In this document: piece after piece, positions 1 to 11,778 of the stretch
Layout: the number at the start of each line of letters is the position of its first letter
Position numbering within the stretch: position 1 is the first letter of the stretch
DNA from: Candidatus Tepidifontimicrobium thermophilum
GTDB lineage: Bacteria > Sysuimicrobiota > Sysuimicrobiia > Sysuimicrobiales > Sysuimicrobiaceae
DNA: 64,000 nt
Assembly (NCBI GenBank): GCA_031459915.1
Contig: JAVKHO010000009.1
Location: forward strand, 32,001-96,000
Direction of reading: 5' to 3'
Notes under the pieces: generated by a model
Databases searched by the model: none
What the model saw: only the letters and a program-made list of their open reading frames with translations
What the model was told of the DNA's origin: nothing
Position numbers and translations under genes: made by a program

Positions 1-711
1 GCGGATACCCTGGCCGGGTTCATCGGCGTCGGGATCGTGCCTACGGGCTCCGCAGACCCCTACGGGCTGCGACGGGCGGCTTCCGGGTTGCTGGACATCC
101 TGCACGACCGGCGGGAACGGCTCCGGGTGGATCTCGCGGCCCTTATGGAGGCGGCCCTGCAGGCCTACGGCGGAAGGGCCGAGTTCGAGGGTGCCCACCG
201 GCGGCTCGGGGAGTTCCTGGGGGACCGGGTGCGGGCGTGGCTGCTGGAGCGGGATTTCGCCCACGACGTGGTGGACGCCGTGCTTGCGGGGTACTCGGGC
301 ATCCCGGACTTCGTGGACGCGGTGGCCCGTGCGGAGGCCCTTTCAGAGTTCCGGACGCGACCGGAGTTCGCCGGGGCCTACGAGGCCTTCGACCGCGCCT
401 ACCGCATCTGGGACAAACAGACGCGGCAGTCCCCCTCGCCGCTGGAGCAGCCCGCGGAGCTGGCACTGGACCGCGCCCTGGGCCGCTCGGGGCCCAAGGT
501 GGAGGAGCTGGTCCGCTCCAGGGCCTATCTGCGGGTGTTGGCAGAGCTGGGCGGGCTGCAGCCGCACGTGGCCCGGCTGTTCGACGAGGTGCTGGTCAAC
601 GACCCGGACCCCCAGGTGCGTGCCCGTCGCCACGCGCTGCTCGGCCGCGTGGTAAACCTGTTCTGGAAGGTGGCACACCTGGAGTACCTAGTCGTCACGC
701 GGGAGCCCTGA
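1..711 (+). CDS. glyS: Glycyl-tRNA synthetase beta subunit, C-terminal part (5' truncated by window)
   Basis: Frame open from base 1. PTGSADPYGLRR motif and DALR-like anticodon-binding region (LFDEVLVNDPDPQVRARR). Confidence 0.9.
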   Translation, partial: ADTLAGFIGVGIVPTGSADPYGLRRAASGLLDILHDRRERLRVDLAALMEAALQAYGGRAEFEGAHRRLGEFLGDRVRAWLLERDFAHDVVDAVLAGYSGIPDFVDAVARAEALSEFRTRPEFAGAYEAFDRAYRIWDKQTRQSPSPLEQPAELALDRALGRSGPKVEELVRSRAYLRVLAELGGLQPHVARLFDEVLVNDPDPQVRARRHALLGRVVNLFWKVAHLEYLVVTREP

Positions 712-1779
712 TTGGACCTCAGCCGCATCCGCGAGCGGATCGAGGAGGAAGAAGCCCGCCGGCTTTCCCGGTGGGCGGCCCTGGCGCGGAACTCCCGGGG
801 CCGGGAGCGGCCGGAGCCGGAGGACGACCTGCGGACCTGTTTCCAGAGGGACCGGGATCGGATCGTCCACAGCAAGGCCTTCCGACGGCTCAAGCACAAG
901 ACCCAGGTGTTCCTGTCCCCGGAGGGGGACCACTACCGCACCCGACTCACCCACACGGTGGAGGTGGCGCAGATCGCCCGGACCATCGCCCGGGCGCTGC
1001 GGCTCAACGAGGACCTCACGGAGGCCATCGTCCTGGCCCACGACCTGGGTCACCCGCCCTTCGGGCACGCGGGGGAGGAAGCTCTGGACCAGGCCATGAC
1101 CGCGTGGGGCGGGTTCCGGCACTACGACCAGAGCCTGCGGGTGGTGCAGCTCCTGGAGCGCCGCAGACGTTCGGACGGCACGTGGGAATGGGGCCTGAAC
1201 CTCACGTGGGAGGTGCGGGACGGGATCGGCGCCCACAGCAAGGGCATGGCGGACCTCGGGGAGGAGGAGGCAGGCCTGCCGCAGACCCTGGAGGGCCAGG
1301 TGGCACGGCTGGCGGACCGCATCGCCTACGTGCACCACGACATGGACGACGCGGTGCGCGCGGGCCTCCTGAAGGAGGAGGAGATCCCCGCGGACGTCCG
1401 GGAGGTCCTGGGGCCCACCCGGGGGCGGTGGCTGGACACCCTGGTCCGGGACGTGGTCACCCACAGCGAGGACCAGCCGCGGATCCGCATGAGCGGGCCC
1501 GTCCGGCAGGCCCTCAACCGGCTGAAGGATTTCCTGTTCGAGCGGGTGTATCTGAACCCCCAGGCGAAGGGCGAAGAGCCCCGGGCCAAGCGCCTGCTCC
1601 GGATGTTGTTCGACTACTACCTGGAACACCCCGACGAGGTGACGGAAGAGTACCGGGAGCTGCTGGATCGCGGGGAGCCGCCGCACCGGGTGGTGTGTGA
1701 CTTCCTCGCGGGCATGACGGATCGCTACGCGGTCCGGAAGGCGGAGCAGCTGTTCGTCCCGAAGAGTTGGGAACTGTGA
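712..1779 (+). CDS. dgt: Deoxyguanosinetriphosphate triphosphohydrolase (HD family)
   Basis: FQRDRDRIVHSKAFRRLKHKTQVF, RTRLTHT, AHDLGHPPFGHAGE, DFLAGMTDRYA motifs; TTG start. Confidence 0.93.
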   Translation: MDLSRIRERIEEEEARRLSRWAALARNSRGRERPEPEDDLRTCFQRDRDRIVHSKAFRRLKHKTQVFLSPEGDHYRTRLTHTVEVAQIARTIARALRLNEDLTEAIVLAHDLGHPPFGHAGEEALDQAMTAWGGFRHYDQSLRVVQLLERRRRSDGTWEWGLNLTWEVRDGIGAHSKGMADLGEEEAGLPQTLEGQVARLADRIAYVHHDMDDAVRAGLLKEEEIPADVREVLGPTRGRWLDTLVRDVVTHSEDQPRIRMSGPVRQALNRLKDFLFERVYLNPQAKGEEPRAKRLLRMLFDYYLEHPDEVTEEYRELLDRGEPPHRVVCDFLAGMTDRYAVRKAEQLFVPKSWEL

Positions 1780-1816
1780 CCTTCGCGCCCTCGGGCGCGC
1801 GGCGGAGGTGAGAGCG

Positions 1817-3781
1817 TTGGACGCGACGTGGTGGGCTCCCCTGGCGGGGGTGGTGAGTCTGGTCTACGCGGGGTACCTGGCCGCCTCTGTGGCGCGACGT
1901 GAGGTGGGCACGCCGCAGATGCGGGACCTGATGGACGCCATCCACGAGGGGGCCATGGCGTTCCTGCGAAGGGAGTACCGGGCCATCGCGGTGTTCGTGG
2001 CGGTGCTGTTCGTGATCCTGGCCGCGCCGGGGCTGGTGCCGCAGATCACCCCGCAGACCGCGGTGTGCTTCGTCCTGGGCGCCGCCTGCTCCATCCTGGC
2101 GGGCTTCTTCGGCATGCAGATCGCCACCCGGGCCAACGCCCGGACCGCCAACGGCGCCCGCAAGGGGCTGGCGGAGGCCATGCGGGTGGCCTTCCCGGGC
2201 GGCGCGGTGATGGGGATGACCGTGGTGGGCCTGGGGATCCTGGGCGTGGGGCTGCTGTTTTTGTGGCTGCGGGACCCCAACCAGGTCATCGGGTTCTCCC
2301 TGGGTGCCTCGTCGGTGGCTCTGTTCGCCCGCGTGGGGGGCGGCATCTACACCAAGGGCGCGGACGTGGGCGCGGACCTGGTGGGGAAGGTGGAGGCCGG
2401 GATCCCGGAGGACGACCCGCGGAACCCCGCGGTGATCGCGGACGCCGTGGGCGACAACGTGGGGGACGTGGCCGGGATGGGCGCCGATTTGTTTGAGTCC
2501 TACGTGGGCTCGGTGATCGCGGGGCTGGCCATCGGGCTCGCGCAGCACGGCGAGCGGGGGGCGGGCCTGGCCCTGGGGCTGGCGGCGGTGGGGGTGGTCT
2601 CCGCCGTCCTGGGGACCTTCTTCGTGGGAGCGGGCGGGGCGCGCAACCCGCAGGCGGCCCTGCGGGCGGGCACGTTCGCGTCCGCGGCCTTCATGGTGGT
2701 GGGCTCCTACCTGGTGACCCAGGCACTGTTCGGCGACCTGCGGGCCTTCTGGGCCACTGCGGTGGGGCTTTTGAGCGGGATCGTGATCGGGCTGGTGGCG
2801 GAGTACTACACCTCGGGCCGGGAGGTGCAGCGGCTTGCGGACTCGGCCCGCACGGGCCCCGCCACCGTGATCATCGCGGGCACCGCCCTGGGGATGCTGA
2901 GCACCGTGGTGCCGCTGGTGGTGATCGCCCTCTCCACCATCGTCGCCTTCCGGCTGGCGGACTTCTTCGGCATCGCGCTGGCGGCCATCGGCATGCTGTC
3001 CATCACGGGGATGACGGTGTCCGTGGACGCCTACGGGCCCATCGCGGACAACTCCGCAGGGATCGCGGAGATGGCGGGCCTGGGCCAGGACGTGCGGGGT
3101 GTCGCGGACCAGCTGGACGCCGCGGGCAACACCACCGCCGCCATCGCCAAGGGGTTCGCCATCGGCTCTGCGGCCCTCACGGCCCTGGCCCTGTTCTTCT
3201 TCTACCGGCAGGCGGTGGGGCTGGAGGCCATCAACATCATGGACCCTGACGTGACCGCCGGCCTGTTCATCGGTGGGATCGTCCCGTTCCTTTTCGCGGC
3301 CCTGGCCATGCGGGCGGTGGGCCGGACCGCGGAGCTCATGGTGAACGAGGTACGCCGGCAGTTCCGGGAGATCCCCGGGCTGCTGGAGGGCCGGGCACGG
3401 CCCGAGTACGCGCGGTGCGTGGACATCGCCACCGCGGGGGCCCTTCGGGAGATGGTGGTCCCGGGGCTGTCCGCGGTGGCTATCCCCCTGGTGGTGGGGT
3501 TCGTGCTGGGCAAGGAGGCGCTGGGAGGCCTCCTGGGTGGCGCCATCGTGACGGGGGTCCCCCTGGCCCTTTACCTGGCCAACAGCGGGGGTGCTTGGGA
3601 CAACGCGAAGAAGTTCATCGAGGAGGGCCACCACGGCGGGAAAGGCTCCGACGCCCACAAGGCCGCGGTGATCGGCGACACCGTGGGCGACCCGTACAAG
3701 GACACCGCGGGTCCGTCCCTCAACATCCTCATCAAACTGATGACGGTGGTAGCCCTGGTGTTCGCGCCCCTCTTCCGCTGA
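1817..3781 (+). CDS. hppA: Membrane-bound K+-dependent, probably Na+-translocating pyrophosphatase
   Basis: [49 protein letters not shown] motifs. TTG 1817 follows GGAGGTG; the ORF track start is 1808. Confidence 0.92.
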   Translation: MDATWWAPLAGVVSLVYAGYLAASVARREVGTPQMRDLMDAIHEGAMAFLRREYRAIAVFVAVLFVILAAPGLVPQITPQTAVCFVLGAACSILAGFFGMQIATRANARTANGARKGLAEAMRVAFPGGAVMGMTVVGLGILGVGLLFLWLRDPNQVIGFSLGASSVALFARVGGGIYTKGADVGADLVGKVEAGIPEDDPRNPAVIADAVGDNVGDVAGMGADLFESYVGSVIAGLAIGLAQHGERGAGLALGLAAVGVVSAVLGTFFVGAGGARNPQAALRAGTFASAAFMVVGSYLVTQALFGDLRAFWATAVGLLSGIVIGLVAEYYTSGREVQRLADSARTGPATVIIAGTALGMLSTVVPLVVIALSTIVAFRLADFFGIALAAIGMLSITGMTVSVDAYGPIADNSAGIAEMAGLGQDVRGVADQLDAAGNTTAAIAKGFAIGSAALTALALFFFYRQAVGLEAINIMDPDVTAGLFIGGIVPFLFAALAMRAVGRTAELMVNEVRRQFREIPGLLEGRARPEYARCVDIATAGALREMVVPGLSAVAIPLVVGFVLGKEALGGLLGGAIVTGVPLALYLANSGGAWDNAKKFIEEGHHGGKGSDAHKAAVIGDTVGDPYKDTAGPSLNILIKLMTVVALVFAPLFR

Positions 3782-3840
3782 AGGCGGAGGGCCGGCGGAG
3801 TCGGCGACCTGCCGCGCTGGATGCGAACATAGATTCGGAC

Positions 3841-5553
3841 ATGGCCGCCCAGGCATCACGGGAGCTCGTGCGTGCCCGCACCGACATCGTGGAGCTGGTG
3901 TCGGCATACGTCACCCTGCGCAAGCAGGGCCGGCGCTATGTGGGCCTGTGCCCGTTCCACAGTGAGAAGACTCCCAGCTTCACCGTAGACCGGGAGCGCG
4001 GCCTGTTCTACTGCTTCGGGTGCGGGGCCGGCGGGGACGTGTTCGAGTTCGTCATGCGGGTCCACGGCCTGTCCTTCCCCGAAGCCGTCCGGGACCTGGC
4101 ACGCCGGGCAGGGATCCAGCTCGAGGAAGTCCCCGAGCACCGGAAGGGGGAGTGGGAGCGCTGGCTCCGGGCTGCGGACGGCGCCGTGGCTTTCTTCGAG
4201 CGATCCCTGGCGCACCCCGAGACGGGCCGCCTGGCCCGGGAGTACCTGGAGCGGCGGGGCGTGGACGCGCCCACCGTCAGGCGCTTCCGCCTGGGCTACG
4301 CACCGGACGGCTGGGACTTTCTCCTCCGGCACCTCACCGCCCAGGGGTACGAGCCACGGCTGCTGGAGCGCCTGGGGTTGGTCCACCCCCGGGCAGACGG
4401 CGGGTGGTACGACGCCTTCCGCCACCGTCTGGTGTTCCCCATCTTCGACCCCCAGGGCCGCCCAGTAGCCGTGGGGGGACGTGCCCTCCGGGAGGGCGAC
4501 CAGCCGAAGTATCTGAACTCCCGGGACAGTCCTTTGTTCTCCAAGGCCAGGACCCTGTACGGCCTGCACCTGGCCCGGGAGGCGCTGCACCGGTCAGGCC
4601 GGGCCGTGGTGGTGGAGGGGTACATGGACCTGGTGGCGTGCCACCAGTACGGCATCGAGGAGGCGGTGGCCACCCTGGGCACGGCTCTGACCGTGGAGCA
4701 GGCACAGCTCCTCCGGCGGCACTGTCCGGCGGTGATCCTGGTCTACGACTCCGACGAGGCCGGGCGGCGGGCGGTGGAGCGGGCGCTGCCGGTGCTGGAA
4801 CAGGTCGGGCTGGAGGCCCGGGCCGCGGTCCTTCCGGAAGGGCTGGACCCCGACGCCTTCCTGAGGGCGTACGGACGGGACGAGTTCCTCCGGCGGCTGG
4901 ACGGGGCGCTGCCTGTCGTGCACTTTGCCCTGGAATCCAGCCTGCGCCGCCACCCGCAGACCCCAGAAGGAAAGGTCAGGGTGGTAGACGAAGTTCTCCC
5001 CCTGGTCGCCAGCATCCGCCACGACGTCGCTCGGTCCGAGCACATCCGCCAGCTGAGCCAGCGTCTGGGGATTCCGGAGGATGCGGTGCGGGCCCGGCTG
5101 CGCGCTTTGCGGCGCCGCCAGGCCCGTCCCGGCCAGGAGCCGGACCCCGTGCGGGCGGCGGCCGAAGCGAGCGCCCAGCAGCTGGCCGAGCAGCACCTGC
5201 TGCAGCGGATGCTGGACGAGGAGGGAGCCCGGGTGCGGCTGCTGCAGGTCCTCCGGCAGGAGGACTTCACAGACCCCCTCCACCGGGAGGTGTTCCTGGC
5301 CCTCCGCCACAGCGGCGACGTGAACGCGGTGCGGGAGGCGGTCTCCGAGGCCGCCCGACAGGTGGTCCACCGGCTGTGGTTCGGGCCCCGGCCTGCCCGG
5401 CCGGACGAGGACGGCTGGGTGGCGCGCATCCGGGCCGAGCAGCGGCGGCGCCGTCGGGCGGAGCTCGTGGCGGAGATCGCCCGGGCTGAGCAGGCAGGGG
5501 AGCTGGACCGGGTCCGGGCCATCCAGGAGGAGCTGAAGGCCCTGGTGGAGTAG
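3841..5553 (+). CDS. dnaG: DNA primase
   Basis: Zn finger [11 protein letters not shown]...CFGC, KYLNS, TOPRIM VVEGYMD and YDSDEAG; directly upstream of rpoD. Confidence 0.95.
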   Translation: MAAQASRELVRARTDIVELVSAYVTLRKQGRRYVGLCPFHSEKTPSFTVDRERGLFYCFGCGAGGDVFEFVMRVHGLSFPEAVRDLARRAGIQLEEVPEHRKGEWERWLRAADGAVAFFERSLAHPETGRLAREYLERRGVDAPTVRRFRLGYAPDGWDFLLRHLTAQGYEPRLLERLGLVHPRADGGWYDAFRHRLVFPIFDPQGRPVAVGGRALREGDQPKYLNSRDSPLFSKARTLYGLHLAREALHRSGRAVVVEGYMDLVACHQYGIEEAVATLGTALTVEQAQLLRRHCPAVILVYDSDEAGRRAVERALPVLEQVGLEARAAVLPEGLDPDAFLRAYGRDEFLRRLDGALPVVHFALESSLRRHPQTPEGKVRVVDEVLPLVASIRHDVARSEHIRQLSQRLGIPEDAVRARLRALRRRQARPGQEPDPVRAAAEASAQQLAEQHLLQRMLDEEGARVRLLQVLRQEDFTDPLHREVFLALRHSGDVNAVREAVSEAARQVVHRLWFGPRPARPDEDGWVARIRAEQRRRRRAELVAEIARAEQAGELDRVRAIQEELKALVE

Positions 5554-5628
5554 CGGGAGGAAGTCGGATCCGCCCGTCGTTTAGGTGAAAGTGGGTCCCA
5601 GGCGCCCACGGTAAGGAGCGTCGGTTTC

Positions 5629-6753
5629 ATGGCTCGGGAAAAGGCACAGCGCGCGGTCCCCCCGCGGAAGAAGCCCGTGGTGGACGTGCGGCCCCTCAGC
5701 GAGGACCTCTCGCCGGAGCTGCGGGAGCTCATCGAGCTGGGCCGCAAGAAGGGGTTTTTGCTGTACGAGGAGATCGTCAAGGCCATCCCCGCGGTGGAGC
5801 AGAACACGGAGGAAAGCGAGCGGGTGTTCAACCTCCTCCAGGAGATGGACATCGCGGTCAAGGACAGCGAGGAAGAGGAGGAGGAGCAGGAGAAGGCCGC
5901 GGAGCTGGAGCCCCTGGAGGGTATCTCCATCGACGACCCGGTCCGGATGTACCTGAAGGAGATCGGCCGGGTTCCCCTGCTGACCGCGCAGGAGGAGGTG
6001 GAGCTGGCCAAGCGCATGGAGCGCGGGGACGAGGAGGCCAAGCGCAAGCTCATCGAGGCGAACCTGCGGCTGGTGGTGGCCATCGCGAAGAAGTACGTGG
6101 GCCGCGGGATGCTGTTCCTGGACCTGATCCAGGAGGGCAACCTGGGCCTGATCCGGGCGGTGGAGAAGTTCGACTGGCGGAAGGGCTTCAAGTTCAGCAC
6201 CTACGCCACCTGGTGGATCCGGCAGGCCATCACCCGGGCGCTGGCGGACCAGGCCCGAACCATCCGGATCCCGGTGCACATGGTGGAGACCATCAACAAG
6301 CTGGTGCGGGTCTCCCGGCAGCTGCTGCAGCAGAAGGGCCGTGAGCCCACCCCCGAGGAGATCGCGGAGGAAATGAAACTCCCGGTGGAGCGGGTGCGGG
6401 AGATCATGAAGATCGCCCAGGAGCCCATCTCCCTGGAGACCCCCATCGGGGAGGAAGAGGACAGCCACCTCGGGGACTTCATCGAGGATGCGGACGCGCT
6501 CGCCCCCGCGGAGGCCGCCAGCTACACCATGCTGAAGGAGCAGCTGGAGGGGGTGCTGGAGACCCTCACCGCCCGGGAGCGTAACGTCCTGAAGCTGCGG
6601 TTCGGCCTGGAGGACGGCCGGCCCCGGACCCTGGAGGAGGTAGGGCGGGAGTTCGGTGTGACCCGCGAGCGCATCCGGCAGATCGAGGCCAAGGCGCTGC
6701 GCAAGCTCCGCCACCCCTCCCGCAGCAAGAGGCTGAAGGACTTCATCGAGTAA
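5629..6753 (+). CDS. rpoD: Primary RNA polymerase sigma factor
   Basis: [55 protein letters not shown]. Confidence 0.97.
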   Translation: MAREKAQRAVPPRKKPVVDVRPLSEDLSPELRELIELGRKKGFLLYEEIVKAIPAVEQNTEESERVFNLLQEMDIAVKDSEEEEEEQEKAAELEPLEGISIDDPVRMYLKEIGRVPLLTAQEEVELAKRMERGDEEAKRKLIEANLRLVVAIAKKYVGRGMLFLDLIQEGNLGLIRAVEKFDWRKGFKFSTYATWWIRQAITRALADQARTIRIPVHMVETINKLVRVSRQLLQQKGREPTPEEIAEEMKLPVERVREIMKIAQEPISLETPIGEEEDSHLGDFIEDADALAPAEAASYTMLKEQLEGVLETLTARERNVLKLRFGLEDGRPRTLEEVGREFGVTRERIRQIEAKALRKLRHPSRSKRLKDFIE

Positions 6754-8043
<1,290 letters not shown>

Positions 8044-8063
8044 CAGGGGCCCCGGGGGCAGCG

Positions 8064-8942
8064 GTGCGGCTGGGAGTGGTCTTCCCGCAGACGGAGATCG
8101 GCAACGACCCAGGTGCGGTGCGGGCGTACGCGCAGGCGGTGGAGGCGCTCGGCTACGACTACCTCCTGGCCTACGAGCACGTCGTGGGTGCCCACCCCGA
8201 GCGACTGCGGGACCTGGGCCGTGAGCCACCGTACACCCATACCTCGCCCTTCCACGAGCCGTTCGTGCTGTTCGGGTTCCTGGCGGCGGTCACGTCCAGA
8301 CTGGAGCTCACGACCGGGGTTTTGATCCTGCCCCAGCGCCAGACCGTTTTGGCGGCCAAGCAGGCCGCGGAGGTGGACGTGCTGAGCCGTGGCCGGCTGC
8401 GGTTGGGCGTGGGGCTCGGCTGGAACCCGGTGGAGTACGAGGCGTTAGCGCAAAACTTCCGGAACCGGGGCCGGCGCGTGGAGGAGCAGGTGGCGCTTCT
8501 GAGACTTTTGTGGACCCAGGAGCTGGTCGACTTCGAGGGCCGCTACCACCGGGTGCGAGGCGCCGGGATCAACCCGCTCCCGGTCCGGCGTCCCATCCCG
8601 GTGTGGATGGGGGGATCGGCGGAGCCGGCGTTGCGCCGGATGGCCCGGATCGCGGACGGCTGGATCTCCCAGCTGGCCCCAACCCCGGAAGCAGGGGCGG
8701 TCGTGGAGCGGGTGCGCGGCTACGTGCGGGAAGCCGGCCGCGATCCGGCTACCTTCGGGGTCGAGGGAAGGCTGCACTTCGGCAGCGCATCTCGGGAGGC
8801 GTGGCGGGAGGCGGTGGGGCTGTGGCGACGGCTGGGGGGCACGCACCTGGCCGTGAACACCATGCGGTGCGGGCTCAGGACTCCTGACGACCACATCGCC
8901 GCGGTGGCGGCCTTCCGGGAAGCTGTCCGGGACGTCCTGTAG
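8064..8942 (+). CDS. LLM-class (luciferase-like), probably F420-dependent oxidoreductase
   Basis: MRLGVVFPQTEIG, LILPQRQTVLAAKQAAEVDVLS.GRLRLGVG.GWN..EYEAL pattern. Confidence 0.85.
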   Translation: MRLGVVFPQTEIGNDPGAVRAYAQAVEALGYDYLLAYEHVVGAHPERLRDLGREPPYTHTSPFHEPFVLFGFLAAVTSRLELTTGVLILPQRQTVLAAKQAAEVDVLSRGRLRLGVGLGWNPVEYEALAQNFRNRGRRVEEQVALLRLLWTQELVDFEGRYHRVRGAGINPLPVRRPIPVWMGGSAEPALRRMARIADGWISQLAPTPEAGAVVERVRGYVREAGRDPATFGVEGRLHFGSASREAWREAVGLWRRLGGTHLAVNTMRCGLRTPDDHIAAVAAFREAVRDVL

Positions 8943-8947
8943 CCGCT

Positions 8948-8981
8948 CCAAAAACTATCCCCGCCGCGTTCACTCCGTGGA
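8948..8981 (+). promoter_or_regulatory. Shared motif copy 1 upstream of comF (putative alternative-sigma promoter)
   Basis: CCAAAAAC...GCCGCGTTCACTCCGTGGA; 18/19 identical to 13776-13794. Confidence 0.55.
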
Positions 8982-9724
8982 TGGGTGGCGCGGTGCGGGA
9001 AGCCCTCGCCGGGATCCTGCGGCCCTGGTGGGTGGCCGCAGTGGACCTGCTGTTCCCGCCCCGCTGCCAGGTGTGCGGGAGAGCGGGGGCTTTTCCCGTT
9101 TGCGAGGGTTGCTGGCTGGACTTCCCGCGGATCGAGCGGCCGGTGTGCCAGGTGTGCGGCCGGCCCCTACGGGGCCCGCGGGAGTTGGTGTTCGTGTGCG
9201 TGCCCTGCCGGCGTCGCCGGAATCGCCTAAGGGTGCGCGCTTTCGGGCGGTACGAGGGCCGGCTGCGGGAGGCGGTCCACGCGTTGAAGTACCGGGGCAG
9301 GCTGGCGCTGGCGGGTCCCCTGGGCCGTGCCCTGGCCGAGCTGCTGGTTACAGACCCGCTCCTGAAAACCCCAGATCTCCTGGTGCCCGTACCCCTGCAC
9401 CCGCGTCGCGAGGCCCAGCGGGGGTTCAACCAGGCGGAGGAGTTGGCCCGGGAGGTGGGCCGGTACCTCAACACGCCTGCGCGGAGGGTGCTCGCGCGGG
9501 TCCGGGACACGCCGTCCCAGACAGAGCTGGACGAAGACGAACGCCGGCGGAATGTGCGCGGGGCCTTCGTGGTGCGCGAGCCGGTGCGGGGACTGCGGCT
9601 GGTGCTGGTGGACGACGTGGTGACCACCGGCAGCACGCTGGCGGAGTGCGCGGCCGTGCTTCAGGCCGCAGGCGCCGCGGAGGTGCTGGGCGTGGCACTG
9701 GCGATGGCGCTGCCCCAGGACTGA
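8981..9724 (+). CDS. comF: ComF family competence protein (double zinc ribbon + PRTase domain)
   Basis: LLFPPRCQVC..C..C, VPVPLH..R...RGFNQA, LVDDVVTTGST. Confidence 0.9.
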   Translation: MGGAVREALAGILRPWWVAAVDLLFPPRCQVCGRAGAFPVCEGCWLDFPRIERPVCQVCGRPLRGPRELVFVCVPCRRRRNRLRVRAFGRYEGRLREAVHALKYRGRLALAGPLGRALAELLVTDPLLKTPDLLVPVPLHPRREAQRGFNQAEELAREVGRYLNTPARRVLARVRDTPSQTELDEDERRRNVRGAFVVREPVRGLRLVLVDDVVTTGSTLAECAAVLQAAGAAEVLGVALAMALPQD

Positions 9725-9729
9725 GGAAG

Positions 9730-10680
9730 CTAGCCAGTGTACCGCAGGGGTGGCAGGTCGAGCACCGTGCGCAGACCGGGCGGGGCTTCCCGCACCAGCG
9801 GGAGGGCGTTGGCGACGATGGCGCACGTGGCCACGTCCCCGTGCAGCCCGCCGGGGATCTCCGCCACGAAGGACGGGTCTCCCTCCACACGGACCCTATC
9901 GACGGGGTCTTCCAGGTCCACAGCCATCGTGAGGTCGAGCCGGATCCGCTCCTCCCCGTCCACCAGGCCCCGCGCCTCCTGCCGCAGTCCCTCCACCCGC
10001 CCGCCCCGTAGGACCGGCCGTACCTCGTCCGCGATGGCGTCTACGGTCCAGCCCAGCGCGGCGGCGATCATGGCCACGGACTCGGGCAGCCCCACGTGGC
10101 CCACCATCCCGGCGGCCACGCCCGCGTGGAACTCTTCCTCCGTGAGGCCCACACCGACCTTCTGCTGCAGCGGCAGGCGACGGGTGCGCACGTCCACCCG
10201 CCGTTCCACCACCAGGCGTCGGAGGCGGCGGCACGGCGCGGTGAGCAGCAAGGGCAGCAAATCCATGGCGAACCCGGGGTTGATCCCCAGACCGGTGACC
10301 GTGACCCCCGCCTGTTGGGCGGCCTCGTGGATGCGCCGCGCGCTCGCGGCGTGGTGGAACCAGGGGTAGCTGAGCTCCTCACAGGTGGACACCACGTCCG
10401 CCCCGCAGGCCACCAGCTCCAGCAGCTGGGGCTCCACCTGGGCCAGGCGGGACTGCGTGGCGTGCACCACCACGTCGGCTTCCCGAGCCACCTGTGGGTC
10501 CGGCGTGACCCAAACCCCCAGGGGTCCGGTATCTAGCAGCTCTCCCAGGTCCCGGCCCTGTTTTTCCGGAGCGAGGTCCACCGCGCCCACCAGCCGGAAA
10601 GCTGGCCGATCCAGGAGGATGCGGGCGACCCCCAGGCCGATGGGACCCAACCCGTAGTGGACCACCCGAATCGTCCGCAA
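9730..10680 (-). CDS. NAD(P)H-dependent amine dehydrogenase / 2,4-diaminopentanoate dehydrogenase-like protein
   Basis: Rossmann GLGPIG, VVSTCEELSYPW, GINPGFAMDLLP, GHVGLPES, GGLHGD.AT; TTG start after GGAGG. Confidence 0.75.
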   Translation of the reverse strand: MRTIRVVHYGLGPIGLGVARILLDRPAFRLVGAVDLAPEKQGRDLGELLDTGPLGVWVTPDPQVAREADVVVHATQSRLAQVEPQLLELVACGADVVSTCEELSYPWFHHAASARRIHEAAQQAGVTVTGLGINPGFAMDLLPLLLTAPCRRLRRLVVERRVDVRTRRLPLQQKVGVGLTEEEFHAGVAAGMVGHVGLPESVAMIAAALGWTVDAIADEVRPVLRGGRVEGLRQEARGLVDGEERIRLDLTMAVDLEDPVDRVRVEGDPSFVAEIPGGLHGDVATCAIVANALPLVREAPPGLRTVLDLPPLRYTG

Positions 10681-10805
10681 GGTCGACCTCCGATGCCCTC
10701 TGGGCCAGTATACCCGCAAGGGAACACGACGGTGCCCTGAGGCCCGTCCGCTTCTCGCGTCCGTGCCGCCAGGGAAGACGGTCCGGGGCGACGAAGCAAC
10801 AGTGC

Positions 10806-11750
10806 GTGAGCGGACTCGCGGTGGTGGCCATCGGCGGCAACTCGCTGCTCCGGGACGACCGCGACGTATCCGTGGCCGCGGAGCGCGAGACCCTGCAGGA
10901 GACGGCGGCGGAGCTGGCCGAGATCGTGGCGGACGGGTGGCGGCTGGTCCTCACCCACGGCAACGGTCCCCAGGTGGGGTTCAACCTCCTGCGGGCAGAG
11001 CTGGCGGCCAAGGCGGGCGTGTTGCCCCGCCTGCCTCTGGACGTGCTGGACGCACAGACCCAGGGCAGCATCGGTTACCTGATCCAGGAAGGCCTGGAGC
11101 GCGCGTTCGTGCGGCCAGGAGTGCGCCGGCCCGTGGCGGTGGTGGTAACCCGGGTGGTGGTGGACCCCCACGACCCGGCCTTTGACAACCCCACCAAGCC
11201 TGTGGGGCCGTACTACACGGACGAAGAGGCGCGCCGGCTGGAACGGGAAGAGGGGTGGCGGATGGTGCGCCAGCCACAGGGCTGGCGGCGGGTAGTGCCT
11301 TCGCCGAAGCCCCTGGAGATTCTGGAGCTGGCTGCCATCCGGGCCCTGGTGCAGGAGGGCTACATCGTGGTGTGTGCGGGCGGCGGAGGGATCCCTGTGG
11401 TACCGGAGCCAGACGGTACCTACCGCGGCGTGGAGGCGGTGGTGGACAAGGACCTGTCCTCCGCCCTGCTGGCCGAGGCTTTCGACGCCGACCTGTTCCT
11501 GATCTCCACCGGGGTGGACCGGGTGGCCCTCGACTTCGGGACGCCCCACCCACGCTGGCTGGACCGGGTGGGCGCTGACGAGCTGGAGGAATACCTCAGG
11601 CAGGGACACTTCCCGCCGGGCAGCATGGGGCCGAAGGTCGAGGCGGTTTTGCGCTACCTGCGCGCGGGAGGCCGCCGGGCGGCCATCGCGGCGCCCCACC
11701 TCCTCTGCGCCGCTGCCCGGGGTGAGGCAGGTACGCAGGTGGTGCCCTGA
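10806..11750 (+). CDS. arcC: Carbamate kinase
   Basis: VVAIGGNSL, THGNGPQVG, PTKPVGP, RRVVPSP, GVEAVVDKD, GSMGPKVEA. Confidence 0.92.
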   Translation: MSGLAVVAIGGNSLLRDDRDVSVAAERETLQETAAELAEIVADGWRLVLTHGNGPQVGFNLLRAELAAKAGVLPRLPLDVLDAQTQGSIGYLIQEGLERAFVRPGVRRPVAVVVTRVVVDPHDPAFDNPTKPVGPYYTDEEARRLEREEGWRMVRQPQGWRRVVPSPKPLEILELAAIRALVQEGYIVVCAGGGGIPVVPEPDGTYRGVEAVVDKDLSSALLAEAFDADLFLISTGVDRVALDFGTPHPRWLDRVGADELEEYLRQGHFPPGSMGPKVEAVLRYLRAGGRRAAIAAPHLLCAAARGEAGTQVVP

Positions 11751-11778
11751 CGGCGCAACCCGTACGGAGGAGGTTGCC

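Noticed and set aside
1514..3907. Long antisense or alternate-frame ORFs (e.g. 1514-3907, 30690-32588, 34392-37190, 26012-27832)
   Set aside because: Shadow ORFs from high GC3 bias; they overlap well-supported genes and have no recognisable motifs.
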